Part shown: piece by piece, positions 40,460 to 55,781 of the stretch
Numbering within the stretch: the stretch's first letter is position 1
How the letters are laid out: every line of letters starts with the position of its first letter
NCBI RefSeq assembly: GCF_009914755.1
Contig: NC_060947.1
Source: the human T2T-CHM13v2.0 reference genome, Homo sapiens
Reading direction: 5' to 3' (one strand)
Length of the DNA: 64,000 nt
Notes under the pieces: generated by a model
Database searches by the model: none
The model's input: the letters and a program-made list of their open reading frames with translations, nothing else
Told to the model about the DNA's origin: nothing
Position numbers and translations under genes: made by a program

Positions 40460-42546
40460 CCCCGAGAGATGGAGTGCCAATGGGGAATCTGTTTCATTGA
40501 AAAACTCTCATAGCTGGGTTAAGGGTAATTGCAGTTGTACTAAACATCCATTCTGAACTCTTTGTGGAAAACAGATACTTTCCTAAGCAAAATTTTGTTA
40601 ACATAGTTGAAGTAACTGTCTTAATAAAGGTACATATCTTTAAAAATGGGTTTTTCAGATTTTCCACTATTTTAGCCTAGCCCTGCCTCCAGTGACTCAC
40701 AACAGTATAGTGAGACTATATTGGGCATTGATTTAGCAGTCTCTATATGTGCCTTCAAATGTGTGCCAACACTAAAAACAATTCAAAAAGGAAATAGGTA
40801 GTTTTTTATTCTCTTTGTCTAATTTCTGCTTTTCAATGGTTAAAAGATGCCCTCAATTTTATATGTTTTTTTTTTCTTCTTCTCAGATAGCTCTAGTTGT
40901 TTTTGCATTTGGCTTTTTGCCTTTCTATCACCTGAGGTGCATGCTCATTTCCTTAGAAATATATTTCCTATATGTTTGAATTATTTAAATAAAATAAATC
41001 TAACCATACATATTAATATGGTCATTTTGCACTTCCACAATTGTGCTAAAATGTAAATCTATTGGAGAAGGTGGAAAAGTTATTAAAATTTATTTTAGTT
41101 TGGAGAATGCAAAGCCTTGACAGAGAATTCTAGCTTTGAAACACTAATATTTGGGAGGATTTGTAGCTCATTCTGTTCTAATCTACCTTTAGGTAGAGTT
41201 TCTATGGAATCAGACTAACTCATTTACCCTCACTCTTTCACACTTAACTACTAATCCAGTCTCTCACCTCTGCAAGTCCAAACCCCACCCTAGTCCCACT
41301 GGCTATGGATCACCTACCACCTATGGGTTTCCTTACTCTTTCTCCCACATTTTCCTTCTGGGCTTAAGTGATTTTTAGAGGGCTTAGAAAATGTGCGTTT
41401 TTCTGGATGCGTCCCTTTGTCCCTTTGTTTCTGCCTGAGAGTGTGTGCGTATCTCTGTAGCTGCTGAGGCCTCTGTTTACCATTGTGTACACACAAGTAG
41501 GGGACGTGTGTGTCTTCCATTGAAGAATAGGTGTTTGTGTATAATAGGCTGCCTATACTCTGTAAATGGTCCTTAGACAGGAGTATAAGAACATCCTTAA
41601 TCCCTGTGGCCTTCCTTCTCAGAGCTACCTCAAATTTTCTGGCAGGATTCCCACATAAGGAGGCCCTGTCTCTGGGAGAGGCATGCAGAGGCTTGGGTTT
41701 TCCCATTCCTTTCTCCCTTTTTGTCTGTTTTGAGAACAGTGACCTCTGGTAACTCACCCTTTAACTCCCCCTTTCTCTACCCGTTTCCCGCCTCCTCCTG
41801 GAGGGCTGTGCCAGAATCTCCCCAGCAACATCTAAAGAGAAAAGGGGTGGGGCAAGCAGGGGAGGGGGACACAACCAATCGTTGGTTTGGGAAAAATATA
41901 CAAGTTAATGAAATGTTGGCTCAGATATTGTTCCTGGATCTGTGGATGAATGTGAGTCTTCTATGTACTAAATGGACAGATTAGCAGTATCAAGCAATAG
42001 CATATTGATAAGAGGCCTTTTGATTAAGAAGGAAAAATGCTACCAAACTTAAAGCATGCTTTAAACATTTAGGAGTGCCAAGTTTGATTACACTGCAATC
42101 TCTCCCAAGGCCTTGTTAAAATTGAACAGAAAACGGATTCCTCCAACAAGCAGACTTACCTCTCAGTAGCCTGCTATGAATTCTAATCACCCTGTGGAAT
42201 CACTGAAAATTCTTCCAACACAGACCTTTCTCTTAGTCATTTAATTGAGAAGATGGATATCTGGATTCTAGTCCCATTTCTGCCATTGACCAATTGTGTC
42301 ACCTGAGACATATTGCTTAATATCTCTGTCTTACCTTCTCTGCCTATAAAGGAAAACTCACTCTGCTTACACCTTCCACATAAGTTCACATAATATGTGT
42401 TAGATATGGAGGAAAATGTGTGATTTACTTTGGGTGGAATATTTAGACCTTATGAGGATACCACTTAGCAAATCTGGAAGAGTTATTTCTCAAATAATTG
42501 GTCCCTAGTGACTTGGCATAGTGAAAGGGCCTTAAACATATCAGGA

Positions 42547-42652
42547 AATATAATATAATATAATATAATATAATATATAATAAATAATAATAAATAAATA
42601 AATATAATATAATATAATATAAATATAATAAATAATAAATATAATATAATAA
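42547..42652. repeat. (TAATA)n / (TAAA)n AT-only simple repeat
   Basis: About 105 nt of only A and T. Confidence 0.95.
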
Positions 42653-42744
42653 CCCTGCTTAAAGAACTTATTTGCCATCCATATATCTTATTTGCTGTAA
42701 TGTCTATTTAGAGCTTTTGCTGATAGAATCAGTGCTACTCTTTT

Positions 42745-43795
42745 AAAAAGGTGTATTTGGAGGTACAATTGGCATACAGTATACTGCACATGTTTAAAGC
42801 ATACAATTTGATGCTTTGACAAATGTATACACTGATGAAATGATTACTACAATCAAAAGATAGTGAATATGTCTGTCGCTCTCCAAAATTTCCTCACGCC
42901 CCTTTGTAATCCTTCATGTCCATCCCCACCTTCTCTACCCTTTCCCACTCCCAGGCAAACATTGATCTGCTTTATGCCATGACAGATGAGTTTGCACTTT
43001 CTAGAATTTTCTCTAAGTGAAATCACTCAATATGCATTCTTTTTTGACTGGCTTCCTCCAGTTAGCATAATTTTTTAAAAGATTAATTCACGTTGTGTGT
43101 ATTAATAGCTTATTCTTTATGAATGAGTAGTAGTCAGTTAAATTATTATACCACAATGTTTTATCAATTCATCTTTTGATGGACATATGGGTTGTTCCTA
43201 GTTTTAACTATTAAAAATAATTATGCTATAGACATTTATGGGCATGTCTTTGTGTGAACACATGCTTTTATTTCTCTTGTGGAAATACCTAGGACTGAAC
43301 TGGGTAGGTCATATGGTAGGGGAAAATTTACCTTTATAAGAAGCTGCCAACCTTTTTTCCAAAGAGATTGCACCATTTTACATTCCCATCACCACCAACG
43401 TATGATAATTCCAGTTGCTCCTCACATTCATCAACACTTGGTATGTCCAGTGTTTTTAATTTTAGTCATTCTTGAGTGTGTAAGTAGTGGTATTTCACTG
43501 TAGCTTCAATTTCTATCTCCCTATGACTAATGACATTGGAAATTTTTTATGGGCTTGCTTGTCATTCACATATCTTCTTTGATGAAATGTATATTTAAAT
43601 ATTTTGTCCATTTTATTTATTTGGTTGGTTGTTTTCTTATTGTTAGTTTTAATAATTCTTTATATATTCTAGATATAAATCTTTTAACAGGTATGAGATT
43701 TGCAAATATTCTCTCCAGGTCCATTGGTTGTATTTTCATTCTCCTAAGCATATCTTTGAAGAGCAGAAGTTCTTAATTTGGATGAAATCCAATCT
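42745..43795 (-). mobile_element. Old L1M (L1MC/L1ME-like) 3' end
   Basis: Antisense 3'UTR and ORF2 end motifs (gatggacatatgggttgtt; ttccagttgctcctcacattc). Confidence 0.75.
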
Positions 43796-43914
43796 TTGTT
43801 AGAACTACCCTAGAACCTTGATTTGAAAGAATTCCTTAGATATAGATCTTCAGGTGTGTTACTTGTCCTACTAGATGTTCTTACCTGGAGTGCAGCAACA
43901 TGAAGGAGTCCCAT

Positions 43915-44323
43915 TGAGTATTTAACAGCTGACAGTGCAGAATAAAAAACCCAGGGTTGTAGCACTTGCCAATCTCCATAGCTGATTTCAAATTACCAAC
44001 CTGATGTCACTGAATGTGGACTTGGGAAGTGATACCATGGTGGAATGCACTGTACAGATACACAGCATTTCCATCATACAGATCCAATAGATACAAATAT
44101 ATAACCTAGAAATCATAGACAATAATAAAATGCAGTGAATGAATTAGGAAATAATAGTTTTGAATGTTTATTGCCTTTGTTTTTAATATAATTTCTTTAA
44201 TTGTAAAATTATATAATTTACCTTTTTAGCAATTACTGCATTTAGCAACCAGTTTGCAAACTTCCTGAAAATTCCATAATCATCTCTTGCATGCCAGTTC
44301 ATGTCAGCTCCAACACGTCTCTG
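43915..44323 (-). mobile_element. MER63-like hAT-Blackjack DNA transposon
   Basis: Matches remembered antisense MER63 (gatttcaaattaccaac, tgtttttaatataattt, cagctccaacac end). Confidence 0.7.
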
Positions 44324-44844
44324 TGTAGTCCCCTTGTGAAGCCCTCACAGAGTAAAAGAATAGAATTCAGGCTCAAAAAAAAATTTATAAGAAAAATTAC
44401 ATGTTCATTTTTATAATTTCTAAGTAAAATTTAGGATATCCTTTGATTATAAATGTATTTTGAAATTATAGGTAGATCCACTGCTGGATCTTTCATTTAA
44501 AATCTTAATAAAAAGTGTATATATTGCCATATGAATTTTTTAATTTTGATAACTAAATTTCAGTTCAATGTATTTACGTTGTATTCTTTTGTATTTTACA
44601 CATTTTAAAAGGGCTTTAGAGGCTTCTCCAGATATTAAAGGTTTTCATGGAACACACAAAAAATTTTAAGGAACTCTCATAAGGCATTATATAAGTAGTA
44701 TTGCTGTTCATAAATAGCTTCAGGGATGGATAAGCTGCAATCACTTTGCTTATGTGGCTATTACAAATGACTATCTCCCTTCTGTTACTTAGAAATCTTA
44801 TGACATAAGGAATTTTGAAATCACGTAGATGTACATGCAAAACC

Positions 44845-45005
44845 CATTTCTGCTATTTACTGGCTACATAACTTGGATAAACTTAATTAGGTTCTCCGTA
44901 TCTCATTTTATCAACTCTAATGTAGGGGTAATGATTCTTGCCTCAAAGGGTTATTATGAGGATAAAACTAGTGCATAGCATGCATTAGATGCTCAACAAA
45001 TGCTT
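44845..45005 (+). mobile_element. MIR fragment
   Basis: ttctgctatttactggct...cctcaaagggttattatgaggat...gatgctcaacaaatg. Confidence 0.6.
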
Positions 45006-45849
45006 CCTTTTATTTCAGTACTCAATGTAAGGGAATCACTGACCGATTCCAGAGTACCTACTGCCTAATTCCATCATACTGTAATTATTAAGGCTTTTTT
45101 TGGGGAGGAGGTGTTCACAAATTGGAAAAGAAAACGATGCCCTTTCCTGCTTTCAATACCAAGAACTGGAGTCTAGAGAACTCAGCTGTATTATGTTTGT
45201 CTCAGCTTAAGGCTGGGGACCAGGAGGATTTCTAGGGCGAGGTTGCTGAATTCTGGCTTGCCAGCTTTGGTTGTTGTGCTACTTTAATCTGCCCCTGACT
45301 CAGTTTAGATCTTTACTAACTTTAGTCAAGATTCTGAGTGTCAAGCATTACCTCACTCAAGTACAGAGTCATTTCTTTAAGCTCTGAAGGTAGTACACAG
45401 CTTCCAGGACGTTGTTGTAGTGGCTTTCTATCTTTTTCAGTCTGTGGACCTCTACCAGTGGTAAAAGCTCTGTGGATCATGTGCACCTCCAACTCTCACT
45501 TGCCACAGTCAAGAAAACAAACCCAAACTCCTTAAAACTAATGGGAAGGCTGGCACTACTTTAAGTGAAACACCAATGAGATGACGTCTTGTTTAAATAT
45601 TATAAGCAAATTATTTATTCATGCCAGGAAACAAAGTAGAGGCCTTGCTATACTGTAAATGTTAACACCTACAAGAGATCAGTCTATGGACCTGATCAGG
45701 ATGACCTTTGGAGAACACCAGTGGTCCCATCTGGAAACATCATTTTGGGAAGTGTTGCTTTCCAGGAGTGCTTCATGCCCATTTGATCATATGTTAAATT
45801 CACGTATAAATTTTCTTCTCTTTCTTTTTGGTAGAGAGACAGCAGGAAA

Positions 45850-46030
45850 TAGTGGAAACAGCACTGAATTTGAAGTCATACAGATCTGAATTTGAGTCTT
45901 TTCTGTGCTGATAACCAGCCATGGTTAACTTCAGCAAGATTTCTCTGAGCTTCAGTTGTGTCCTCTCTAAAATGGATATCTACTCTACAGATAATTGTGA
46001 AGGTTAACTAAAATGATGTGTTTTATGTAG
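45850..46030 (+). mobile_element. MIR fragment
   Basis: cagatctgaatttgagtc...ctctgagcttcagt...taaaatgg. Confidence 0.6.
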
Positions 46031-46809
46031 CCAGGATGTAATACATACATAGCTCTCTAATTTATTTATTTTTTTCTAGCTCATAAAACTTAAGTGAAAT
46101 AAACCAGAAACAATCCAATACTACACTAATGTCACATTTATAAATTCCAGCAGAAGAATTTGTCAAATGATGGGATCTCCAGGTTCTTTTATTACTTCAA
46201 CCCCTTACCTCTTGATCCTGGACCCCTAATGCTTCACTGAAACCACTATCTTGATAAACAAGTTCCATGGCCTCCACTTCCAGTTTTTCTGACATATCCA
46301 CTGTGCTTAGACTATTCCAACTGCTCGCTTCTCAACTTCTACAACGAATAATATTGAGACTGCTGGAAGAAATCACACAGTTGTGCAAATTGGTGTTGTG
46401 GCAAATTTGTGTTCTCCAATCTTATTTCATTCTCAATTTTATGCTTCCGGTACCTGTCCTTGTCTAGACCTCAGGGTGACAATTCCAAAACTTTCTACTC
46501 CATCACCTCCCCACTATCTTTAGAAGTTTATCTTAACTCTTACTTCACAGACAAAATTGAGACTGTTACAGATAGATGCTCTTAATTCATCATTTCTAAA
46601 AATCATCTTTTTGTGAACTCTCTCTCATTTCCTTTCCTCTGGGCTCCTAAGTTTCCTTCTTCTGTCCGAGTCTAATATCTCTACTTGTTTCTGGTGCCTA
46701 ACACTTAACATTTCTTTAGGAATATCATTCTATTAACTATTCTTTCTCTTCTTTGCATCTTCAATGTTTCTTACTCCTTTCCATATACATATAAGCAGGT
46801 CCAAGTTGC

Positions 46810-47269
<460 letters not shown>

Positions 47270-47329
47270 TAACAAACTTTTTGTGAAGTGGTGCACACGA
47301 CTCTGTCCAATTTCTTCCTCATTTCCCAT

Positions 47330-47950
47330 TCTCTCCTCAGACCATTATAAAATGCTGTCTACTTCTAAATCTCCATTGAATCTGCTCTTTCAAAGGACAT
47401 TAATGACCTATTAGGAAGAGACCATGGACCTCTTTCATTTCTCACCTTACTTGATCACTTTGGGTGAATTTGGCATTGTTGAAGATTCCCTTCTTGAAAC
47501 TGTCTCCTGCTTGGGCTCCTGAGATACTATATTCAATCCCACTTCTTCGAAGTTTCCTTCTCAGGCTTCCTTACTGCCTTCTTCTTCTCTGCCTATCATT
47601 TTATTGGTAGTTTTCCCTAAAGCATCTTCCTTGGCTCTCTCATCTTCTCAATCTGCACAATATTTCTGATCAATTAATTTTCATGTTTTAACTACCACTC
47701 TTGATTAAATCTTTATCACCAGCTAGCTTTCCCTACTGTGTTTCAACTCTCTACAGGTCTTCTCTAGTTGGATGTTCCACAGATATCTCAAAGGTAATTT
47801 GTTAAGAAATGAACTCATCATACCCCTAAACCTATTTCCACTCCAATATTTCTTATCTCAGAGGATGAAAATATTAACCACCAACTCCTCGAGTCATAAT
47901 ATGGATTTTGTCTTAGATATTTCTTTCTCCTTCACTTTCCATCCATAAGT
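47330..47950 (+). mobile_element. L2 fragment
   Basis: CT-rich L2-like motifs (ccttcttgaaact, ggatgttccacagatatctcaaa, gaactcatc). Confidence 0.55.
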
Positions 47951-48608
47951 ATGCCAATCATAGACTTGTTTACCCTTTGATGAATTCCTCACCCTTCCCT
48001 GGTCTGTTCTTTTTTGCAGAATGCTTGATTCCTGCAGTCTGTGTTTCCCAGGGTTCTTTGACAGGAGTTTCTGATTGAATTCAACCCATAAGAGACACTG
48101 GTAGGAAGTCGAAAGATGGGAAGAAAAGATACTCCAATGTCTAATTGTAACAGCTGTGTTTCCTCCATGTCTTCAGCTAATATTGGACAATTTTGCTGTG
48201 ATTCAAGCCTCCATGGGGTGGCCTCTGCTCTCTGTCTCTGGCACCACAATCTCTTCTTATGGTCCTTTCAGCCTTAGGAGTTGTAGGGGCTTCCCACTGT
48301 TGCTAATCTTTATTATTATTTTTTTTGTCATCTCAGTTATATCTAGAATGGCTTCCATTTTGCTGGTTGGACCATGAACTAATAAAGTCACCAAGAACTA
48401 TGGATGCTGTGTACTTAATATCTTTCACATCTATATGTTCTACACAGTCTCACTGCTACTGCCTTACTTCAGGCTTTACTGCAATATTCTCCTAACTATT
48501 CCCTTCTTTTACACATCCTCTGTGTTACAGGCAGATTGATCTTCCTAAACCATAAACTTGACAATTTTATTCTACTGCCTAAAAAACCCTCCAGTAACTC
48601 CCATACAG

Positions 48609-48895
48609 AAGTGTTTCCCAAATACTGGTCACTTGCATTTCACCCTTATATTTTTTTGGCCATACCTGTGTACCATCTTTACTATTATTTAGGTAATATT
48701 TTACTTTAAATTTATTCATTTAAAAAATTAGCTTTGCTCTGAGCAATAACATCTGTGAAACCATAACTTTGGAGACTTAATTCATTTTTGCTAATACACA
48801 TTAAAATACATATCACACTATTAAAAATAACAAAACTCACTCATATGCCAGCCAAAATAATCTCTCATAAGTGCAGCACACTTTGGGACACACTG
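48609..48895. mobile_element. Non-autonomous hAT-Charlie-like DNA element
   Basis: Terminal inverted repeats agtgtttcccaaa / tttgggacacactg followed by a Charlie-type flank gtctaaag. Confidence 0.55.
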
Positions 48896-51800
48896 GTCTA
48901 AAGGATCAAGTCAAAATCCTTATTGGGGTTTATAATGTCTTTTATGGGGCCAGATAGCTTTTGAGCGTTACTTCTCCATGGGTCCTTATTTACACCCTAT
49001 GTTCTGGCCACTTCCTCTGCCTCTAGTTCAAACTGATTACTTATTCCTTCACGATCCACCTTGTTCCACATATGGACGTATTTTCGCACTTGTCTATTTA
49101 CATGTCTTTTTGTCCCTACTAAACTGGTTTAAGAAAATCATTGCTAATTGGTGCCCATGATATAGTATATGCCTATGTTGTTCTTGAGAACTAGATAATA
49201 ATGATCTATTCTTTTCAAACATGTAATCTCTCTTTAAACAAGAATAACATGATTTTTTTATTAAAAAGTCCTGTTTATTTGTTATCAAGTCCAGCCTGAG
49301 TCATCACTCTAAATTGGTATTTAGTTATTTTCAGCTTCATTTAACATATCAACTCATTTTGGTAAAATTTGTTAGACTACCAAACATAGATATCAGACTG
49401 GAACAAAGAAATTATAATATGCACCCACATTAATTTCAGTACTTCTTGTCTTCAAAGTATAATAAAAGTACCCAAATAGAGGAGAAAAAGCCATGTTTCT
49501 TTTTTTTCTATTCAGCAGTATGGCTTGGACTGACATCAGAAGTTCAGACATTTTGACTTTCTGTTGAGGGCAAGACTCAAAGGGAAGAACAAACGGGGCA
49601 AAGTTGTAAGTTTTACAACAAGCATCACAGACTCATAGAGCTGGACAATGCCTTAAAGATCATCTAGTCCAACATCCTCTTTTTACAGATGGGAGTGAAT
49701 GAGGCCAAGAGAAAGGGAAATTCTAATGTAAGTAATAATTTATTTATTTGTGTATTTATTTATTAGCATACAGTTTATATATACAGTTGCTTTCACTGCT
49801 TGTTTGTGCTAGGAAGATGCAACTATCACACAGGCCTGGAACACTTGCAACCCTCATAGAAGATTGCAGAGTGACCTATGCACGTGTTTATATTCACGTG
49901 GATGAGATTCAGAAACTCTGTGGATCTCTAGCTGGACATAGTCTCCCAGGGTAGTCTTCTGGAGCTAGAGTCTCTGTGGAACACAGCTCAATGACTACCG
50001 CATTGATTTTGCATCTATTTTTACAAAATACATTTTTTTTTGTTATTATCAGTTTGTCTTCAAACTAACCCAAGGATAGTCTGGAGGAATCCTTTTTTCA
50101 CAGACAGAAAATCAAAGCTTGCAAGCAGAAAGATTGCTCAGAAAGACTAAAGCAGTACTGGGATTAAAACTGCCTGAATCAGTAGTTCTTGACCCCAGAA
50201 GTATACAGCTAGTGGCTATATTTCAGACATCTGAAACCATTCTGGATTTAAACAAAAATTATCTCTTCTTTATTCTTTTGATTCCTGATTTGTGGTCAAG
50301 TCTTGATAATGAAACCCCAGAAACTTCAGGAAGAAACTAAGACTATGTAATGAGCCAACATAGACTACTTCTTCAGATCCAGTAACTGATTATCATATTA
50401 GGAGATAATACCACTGCCCCTTGTTCCCCACTCTCCATTGCCCTGCTCATTAGACAAGGATAAGAAAGGAAGTGAAACGCAAATCTCCACATTTACTTAA
50501 TTATCAAGAGCTCTGATAAAACTTGTGATTAGGAAAGAGGTTGAAATTAATGGATAAAAATGAACTGTAGGGCTTACCTGTAGAATTATACTTAATCCAT
50601 AATTTGCCTGTTCCCCATGACCCTGGTTAATTAAGAATTGACTGCACTACACAGTGTTCTTTTTTGACAGAAATAGCTGTCATGAGAGGGTGTTGTGTTA
50701 CCTCTCTATACTTATCAGACAAGAAAATGCTTATCTGAGAAAAATAGTCAGTATAGGGAGATAGTATTATACACTAGTAGAAGACCAATCTTATTTTTAA
50801 ATTATCTTCAATGATTGAGTTTTGGAAAACAAAATAAATAAGAAGTATGTACTTAGAATGAAATTCATATGGGAAATTCTGCCAGATGTAGATGAAAGTA
50901 GGCTCGGGGAACTTTACATACTGAACAGCAGTTGTAATCTGCAAGTTACCTTTTTGGAGAAGTGGCTGAATAATGCTATGTGCCCTTTCAGAAACATAAT
51001 AAGCAGACACCAGAATGAGAATGGGAGCTCTCAAGATATCCCCTTTACCTGCCTCTTCAAACAGGTACTAGAAACTGATGTTGATTTCCATTAGGAGGCT
51101 CTGTGAGCTCACAAACCCATTTCCTCACCTCATTGGCAACTCATTTCTGGAGGACTAGGCTTTCCTAATATGCATCTTTTGGGCTTTGTTTGCCGAGGCA
51201 AGAAAGCTTAGATTTTCAAGTTTATTTTCTTAAGCCTCTGCATTATCTCTCACACGTCTTGCTTAAAAAATAGGTTAGTGAGAAGATAAGTATTGCAAAA
51301 GACAAAGAAACACAGGTATTTGTGACTCTGACTCAAGGGGAAAGGTTAAGTGAACTGATGTTTTTAACCATCTTGAAATTTTCAATAAAGGTGGGTGTTA
51401 ATCATATACTGGAAAAATAGGCTACTAAAAAATGTAACAGAGCAATGACATCTAGAAAAAAAGTCACATTATAGTAGAGGAAAAATGAAGATTAAGGAAA
51501 AATTTTGATGATTTAACTAAAATTTCAACAGAAAATTCCTTAGCAAAGAAATAATGATAGTGGTCAGCAACCACTTAAAATAGCTGAGTGCAAACAGCAA
51601 TGCCTTGGGGTACCACTGGGTGCCAGTGGTAGGCCTAGGGCTTTGGTAGGCGAAAACAAGAAAGAAAACAAAAAGAAGCAAGTAGGACAGTTGAAAATAA
51701 GGAAAGATGTAAAACAAAGAAGGAAAAGAGAAATATACATGGAGAGAATAGCCAGCAACGATTTTTCCACTATCTTCCTACAGTAGCAAGACCATGAATT

Positions 51801-52140
51801 ATGGCTGAGTTAGAGTTTTAAATAAGGGAATAAAATAAAACATTATTTATATAACTATTATTTATTTTTTAAAAATTTAGAATTCAAGTATTCCAGGAAA
51901 ACAACCTTTACCCATGAAATGGTTACATATGTTTTCACTACTTTAATTCCTTTTAGCGACTGTGGTTGTAGAATACAGTGACTAGAGTGAAGTTAGTTTC
52001 AGAATCATTTGGTACCTGTAAAATACTGTTTTTGTTTTTAAGATTGGTTTGTCCATTGTCTGGCTTAGTGGTTCTCAACATCAACATTTTTATGGCTACA
52101 AGGATGGGATTCTGTTATTTTCTTTTAAAAAAATATCTGG

Positions 52141-52296
52141 GGCCAGGAGCAATGGCTCATGCCTGTAATCCCAATACTTTGGAAGGCCAAAGCAGGAGGA
52201 TCACTTGAGGCCGTGAGATCCAAACCATCCTGGGAAACATTGTGAGATCCTGTCTCTAAAAAAAAAAAAAAAAAGAAAGAAAGAAAATAAAAGAAA
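52141..52296 (+). mobile_element. Alu monomer (FLAM_C-like)
   Basis: Single Alu arm with ggaggatcacttgaggcc plus polyA; partial TSD atctgg. Confidence 0.85.
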
Positions 52297-53759
52297 AGAT
52301 AAGTAGAATCTGGTCATTAGTATTATTGTATTGTACAAACCCATTCACTAATAAGACTAGTAAATAACAGATTATCCATATTACAATAAAAACATCCTTT
52401 ACATAAAGTGGCTCTTCGGAGGTATTGTAAAGATTTCAAAGTTAGCCTGCTCACTAATATTCATATGCTAAAATACATTTATTTTCCCAAGGCTGTAAGT
52501 GGTTTCCTTCTAAAACATGGTTTCCTTCTAAAATTGATGGCAGCGCAACATGTGCTACTATTATTGCTGTCCCTACTTATCATAAATCCCTGTATCTATG
52601 ACATGGGATGAAGACACAGCATGAATTGTGGGATTATGGAGAACTCACTGCTCTTCAGCATTAATCATTGGTGGATGACTGAAATAAACAGAATTTAAAG
52701 TATTCTGAGGTCATTGTTGCATTAATTAAAGGGCTGTGCTATCACACTTACCAAGATAATTTTGAAGAATTCTTGGATAGCACATTGTAAAGTATATAGA
52801 GTATGTTCTCTCTATACATAGAATTTATAATCAAATCCTTCAAAGTTACTCCTTTTTAAAACTTTAAAATATTTTAGCACAGTTAATGGTTAAATACATG
52901 GTTAGAAAGTAAAATAGCACAGAAAGATTTACACTTTTTTTAAGCTTTTTAAACATTTTAAGATTTCTCATGTTATCTCAGTATCTGTAAGGAATATGTT
53001 TATATTGCCCATTCTTAATTGATTTGAGGCAGTATCTATTGATATTCTGCTATGCTAGTTGAAGATGTGGTGAATTTACATAAGTTCCTGTCCATTTCTA
53101 GTCCCAATACATTTTATGTCTCTATTCTCAGTTCTACCATTAGTTACCTCTGAAATGTTAAATATAATTTAACTTCCATTTCTCTTGATGCCCCACTTCA
53201 TAAGATGAAGACATTAACACTCTTATTCTTCCTTTTATTGCTCCTCATCATCTCAAACCTCTTAATCTCTGTCGGTTACACCTTGATTTTTATATTGTCA
53301 AGATTCATAACATTTACATTCTATTAAGTAACCATATTTAAGTGTCATGCAATATGTCCTTAGTGTGATCCTAAAGTTGAATATCAGCAAGCAGTGTTTA
53401 TATGATTATAACTATAGAATTCATTGTACAGCCACATTGTGGACTGAGAGTATAACTGCCTCTCTATAGAATCAATGTTATGCTTCCATACCAATCAGTA
53501 GAGAATATTCCAAGGATCAAGTTCAAATAGATTCTACCGTTTTTATACATCACCAGTTGCCTTGATAATACACTCAAGTTGTTCTAGAAATTAATAATAA
53601 TATTAATGTTGCTCCCCTGCCTGCCACCATTTTTTTTCTTTTGATGGGTACCATTGGCATACCAAGGGCAGGGGAGCAGAAGGAGCCACCACCTTGACTC
53701 AACTGTAACATCAGGAACTCTTTAGAACTTAGACCAACAAAAGGTTTTACATTCGTATT

Positions 53760-55632
53760 AACTATAGTCACTCTGTCTGCTATTGACATTATAATTTATT
53801 CCTTCTTTCTAACTATATGTTTGTACCCATTAAACAACCACTCTTCATCTTCCCTCCTTCACCAAGCCTCTGGCATCTATCATTCTATTCTTTACCTCCA
53901 TGAGATCAAATTTTTTACTTGCCACATATGAGTGAGAACATGTGGTATTTGTCTTTCTGTGCCTAGTTTATTTCACTTAACATAATGACCTCCAGTTAAA
54001 TCCATGTTGCTGCAAATGAAAGAATTTCATTCATTTTTATGGCCAATTAGTATTCCACTGTGTAAATATACCACATTTTCTTTATCCATTCATCCATTGG
54101 TGGATACTTAGGTTGATTCCATATCTTTGCTATTGTGGATAGTGCTGCAATAAACATAGGAGTGCATGCATTTTTTAAAAATTTTTATCTTATTGATTGA
54201 TACTATTTTACATATTTATGAGGTACATGTGAGTATTTGTTACATGCAAAGAACTTGTAATGAGATATCATGGTATTTGGGGTACCCATAATAATGACTA
54301 TTTATCATTTCTTTGTGTTGGGAATATTTCAAGTCCTTTTGTCTAGCTATGTTGAAATATGCAATATGTATTCCTAACTATAGTGACCCTACTCAGCCAT
54401 AGAAAATTAGAACTTATTTCCTCCATCTAAGTGAAAGCTTGTTCTCACCAACCAAACTCTCCTTTTCCCCCCCCACCACTTAAACATATGGATATTCAAT
54501 TTTCCCGGCACCATTTATTGAAGAGAGTGCTTATTTCTCCAATGTATGGTCTTGGTACCATTGTCAAAAATCGATTGGCTGTAAATACATGCATTCATTT
54601 CTTTTTTTTTTATTCTGTTTCATTGGTCTATGTGTTTGTTTTTATCCCAATACGATGATTTTTAATTACTCTAACCTTGTAACATATTTTGAAGTTAGGT
54701 ACTGTATTACTTCTAGTTTTGTTCTTTTTGCTCAGGATTACTCTGGCTATTCTGAATCTTGTTTGTTCTGTGACATTTTAGGAATTTTTTTCTATTTCTG
54801 CAAAAAATGGAATTGATATTTTGATAAAGAATACGTTAAATGTATGGTTTGCTTTGGGTCTTACGGTTGTTTTGATGATAATTCTTCCAATCCATAAGCA
54901 TGGAGTGTCTCTTCATTTTTTGGGCTCTCTTCAATGTCTTTCATTAGACTTTAGTAGTTTTCCTTATGGAGGTTTTTCACCTCCTTTGCTAAATTTATTA
55001 CTAGGTATTTTTATTTTTTTAGCTATTGTAAGTGGGATTGCCTTCTTAATTTATTTCTTAGCTAGTTTATTATTAGTATAAAGAAACACGACTGATTTGT
55101 ATGTTAATTTCATATCTGGAGACTTTACTAAATTTATCAGATATAAGTGTATTGGTGGAGTTTTTAGGTTTTTCTAGATGTAAGATCATGTCATCAACAA
55201 AGATAGACAATTTAATTTTCTATTTTAAAGTTTGGATGTCTTTTATTATTTTTTCTTGCCTGAGTGCTCTGGTTTGGAATTCCAGTATTATGTTGAATAT
55301 AAGTGGTGAAAGTTGACATCCTTGCCTTGTTCCAGTTCTCAGAGAAGAGTCCACGTAGTCTTTATTTGTTGAGGTATGTTCCTTCTGTGCCTCGTTTGTT
55401 GAGAGTTTCTATCATGGAGGGATATTGAATTTTATTGACTGCTTTTTCTGCAACTTGAGAGATAATCATATGGCTTTTATTCTTCTTTCCATTGATTTGA
55501 TGTATCATATTTATTGATTTGGGTATGTTGAATCACCCTTGCATCCCTGGGATAAACCCCACTTGACCATGCTGTATCATTTTTTTCATGTGATATTGAA
55601 TTTGATTTGCTAGTATTTTGTTAAGAATTTTT
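53760..55632 (-). mobile_element. Old L1MA elements (two 3' ends; ORF2), left part of the chimera's host
   Basis: Antisense L1MA 3'UTR at 53760-54170 and 54175-54470; antisense ORF2 to gtattttgttaagaattttt. Confidence 0.8.
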
Positions 55633-55661
55633 CGCGAAGGCCCGCGGCGGGTGTTGATGCG

Positions 55662-55693
<32 letters not shown>

Positions 55694-55727
55694 AGTGAAG
55701 AAATTCAATGAAGCGCGGTAAACGGCA

Positions 55728-55781
<54 letters not shown>

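Noticed and set aside
41314-41757. 147-aa minus-strand ORF in unique DNA
   Set aside because: No recognisable domain, and the track start is not an ATG; consistent with a chance ORF.
48020-48390. Possible ancient LTR fragment (also about 27015-27500)
   Set aside because: Resemblance to ERVL/MaLR LTRs is too weak to call without an HMM search.
52501-52532. ggtttccttctaaa repeated at 18-nt spacing
   Set aside because: Two-copy local duplication; not an array.
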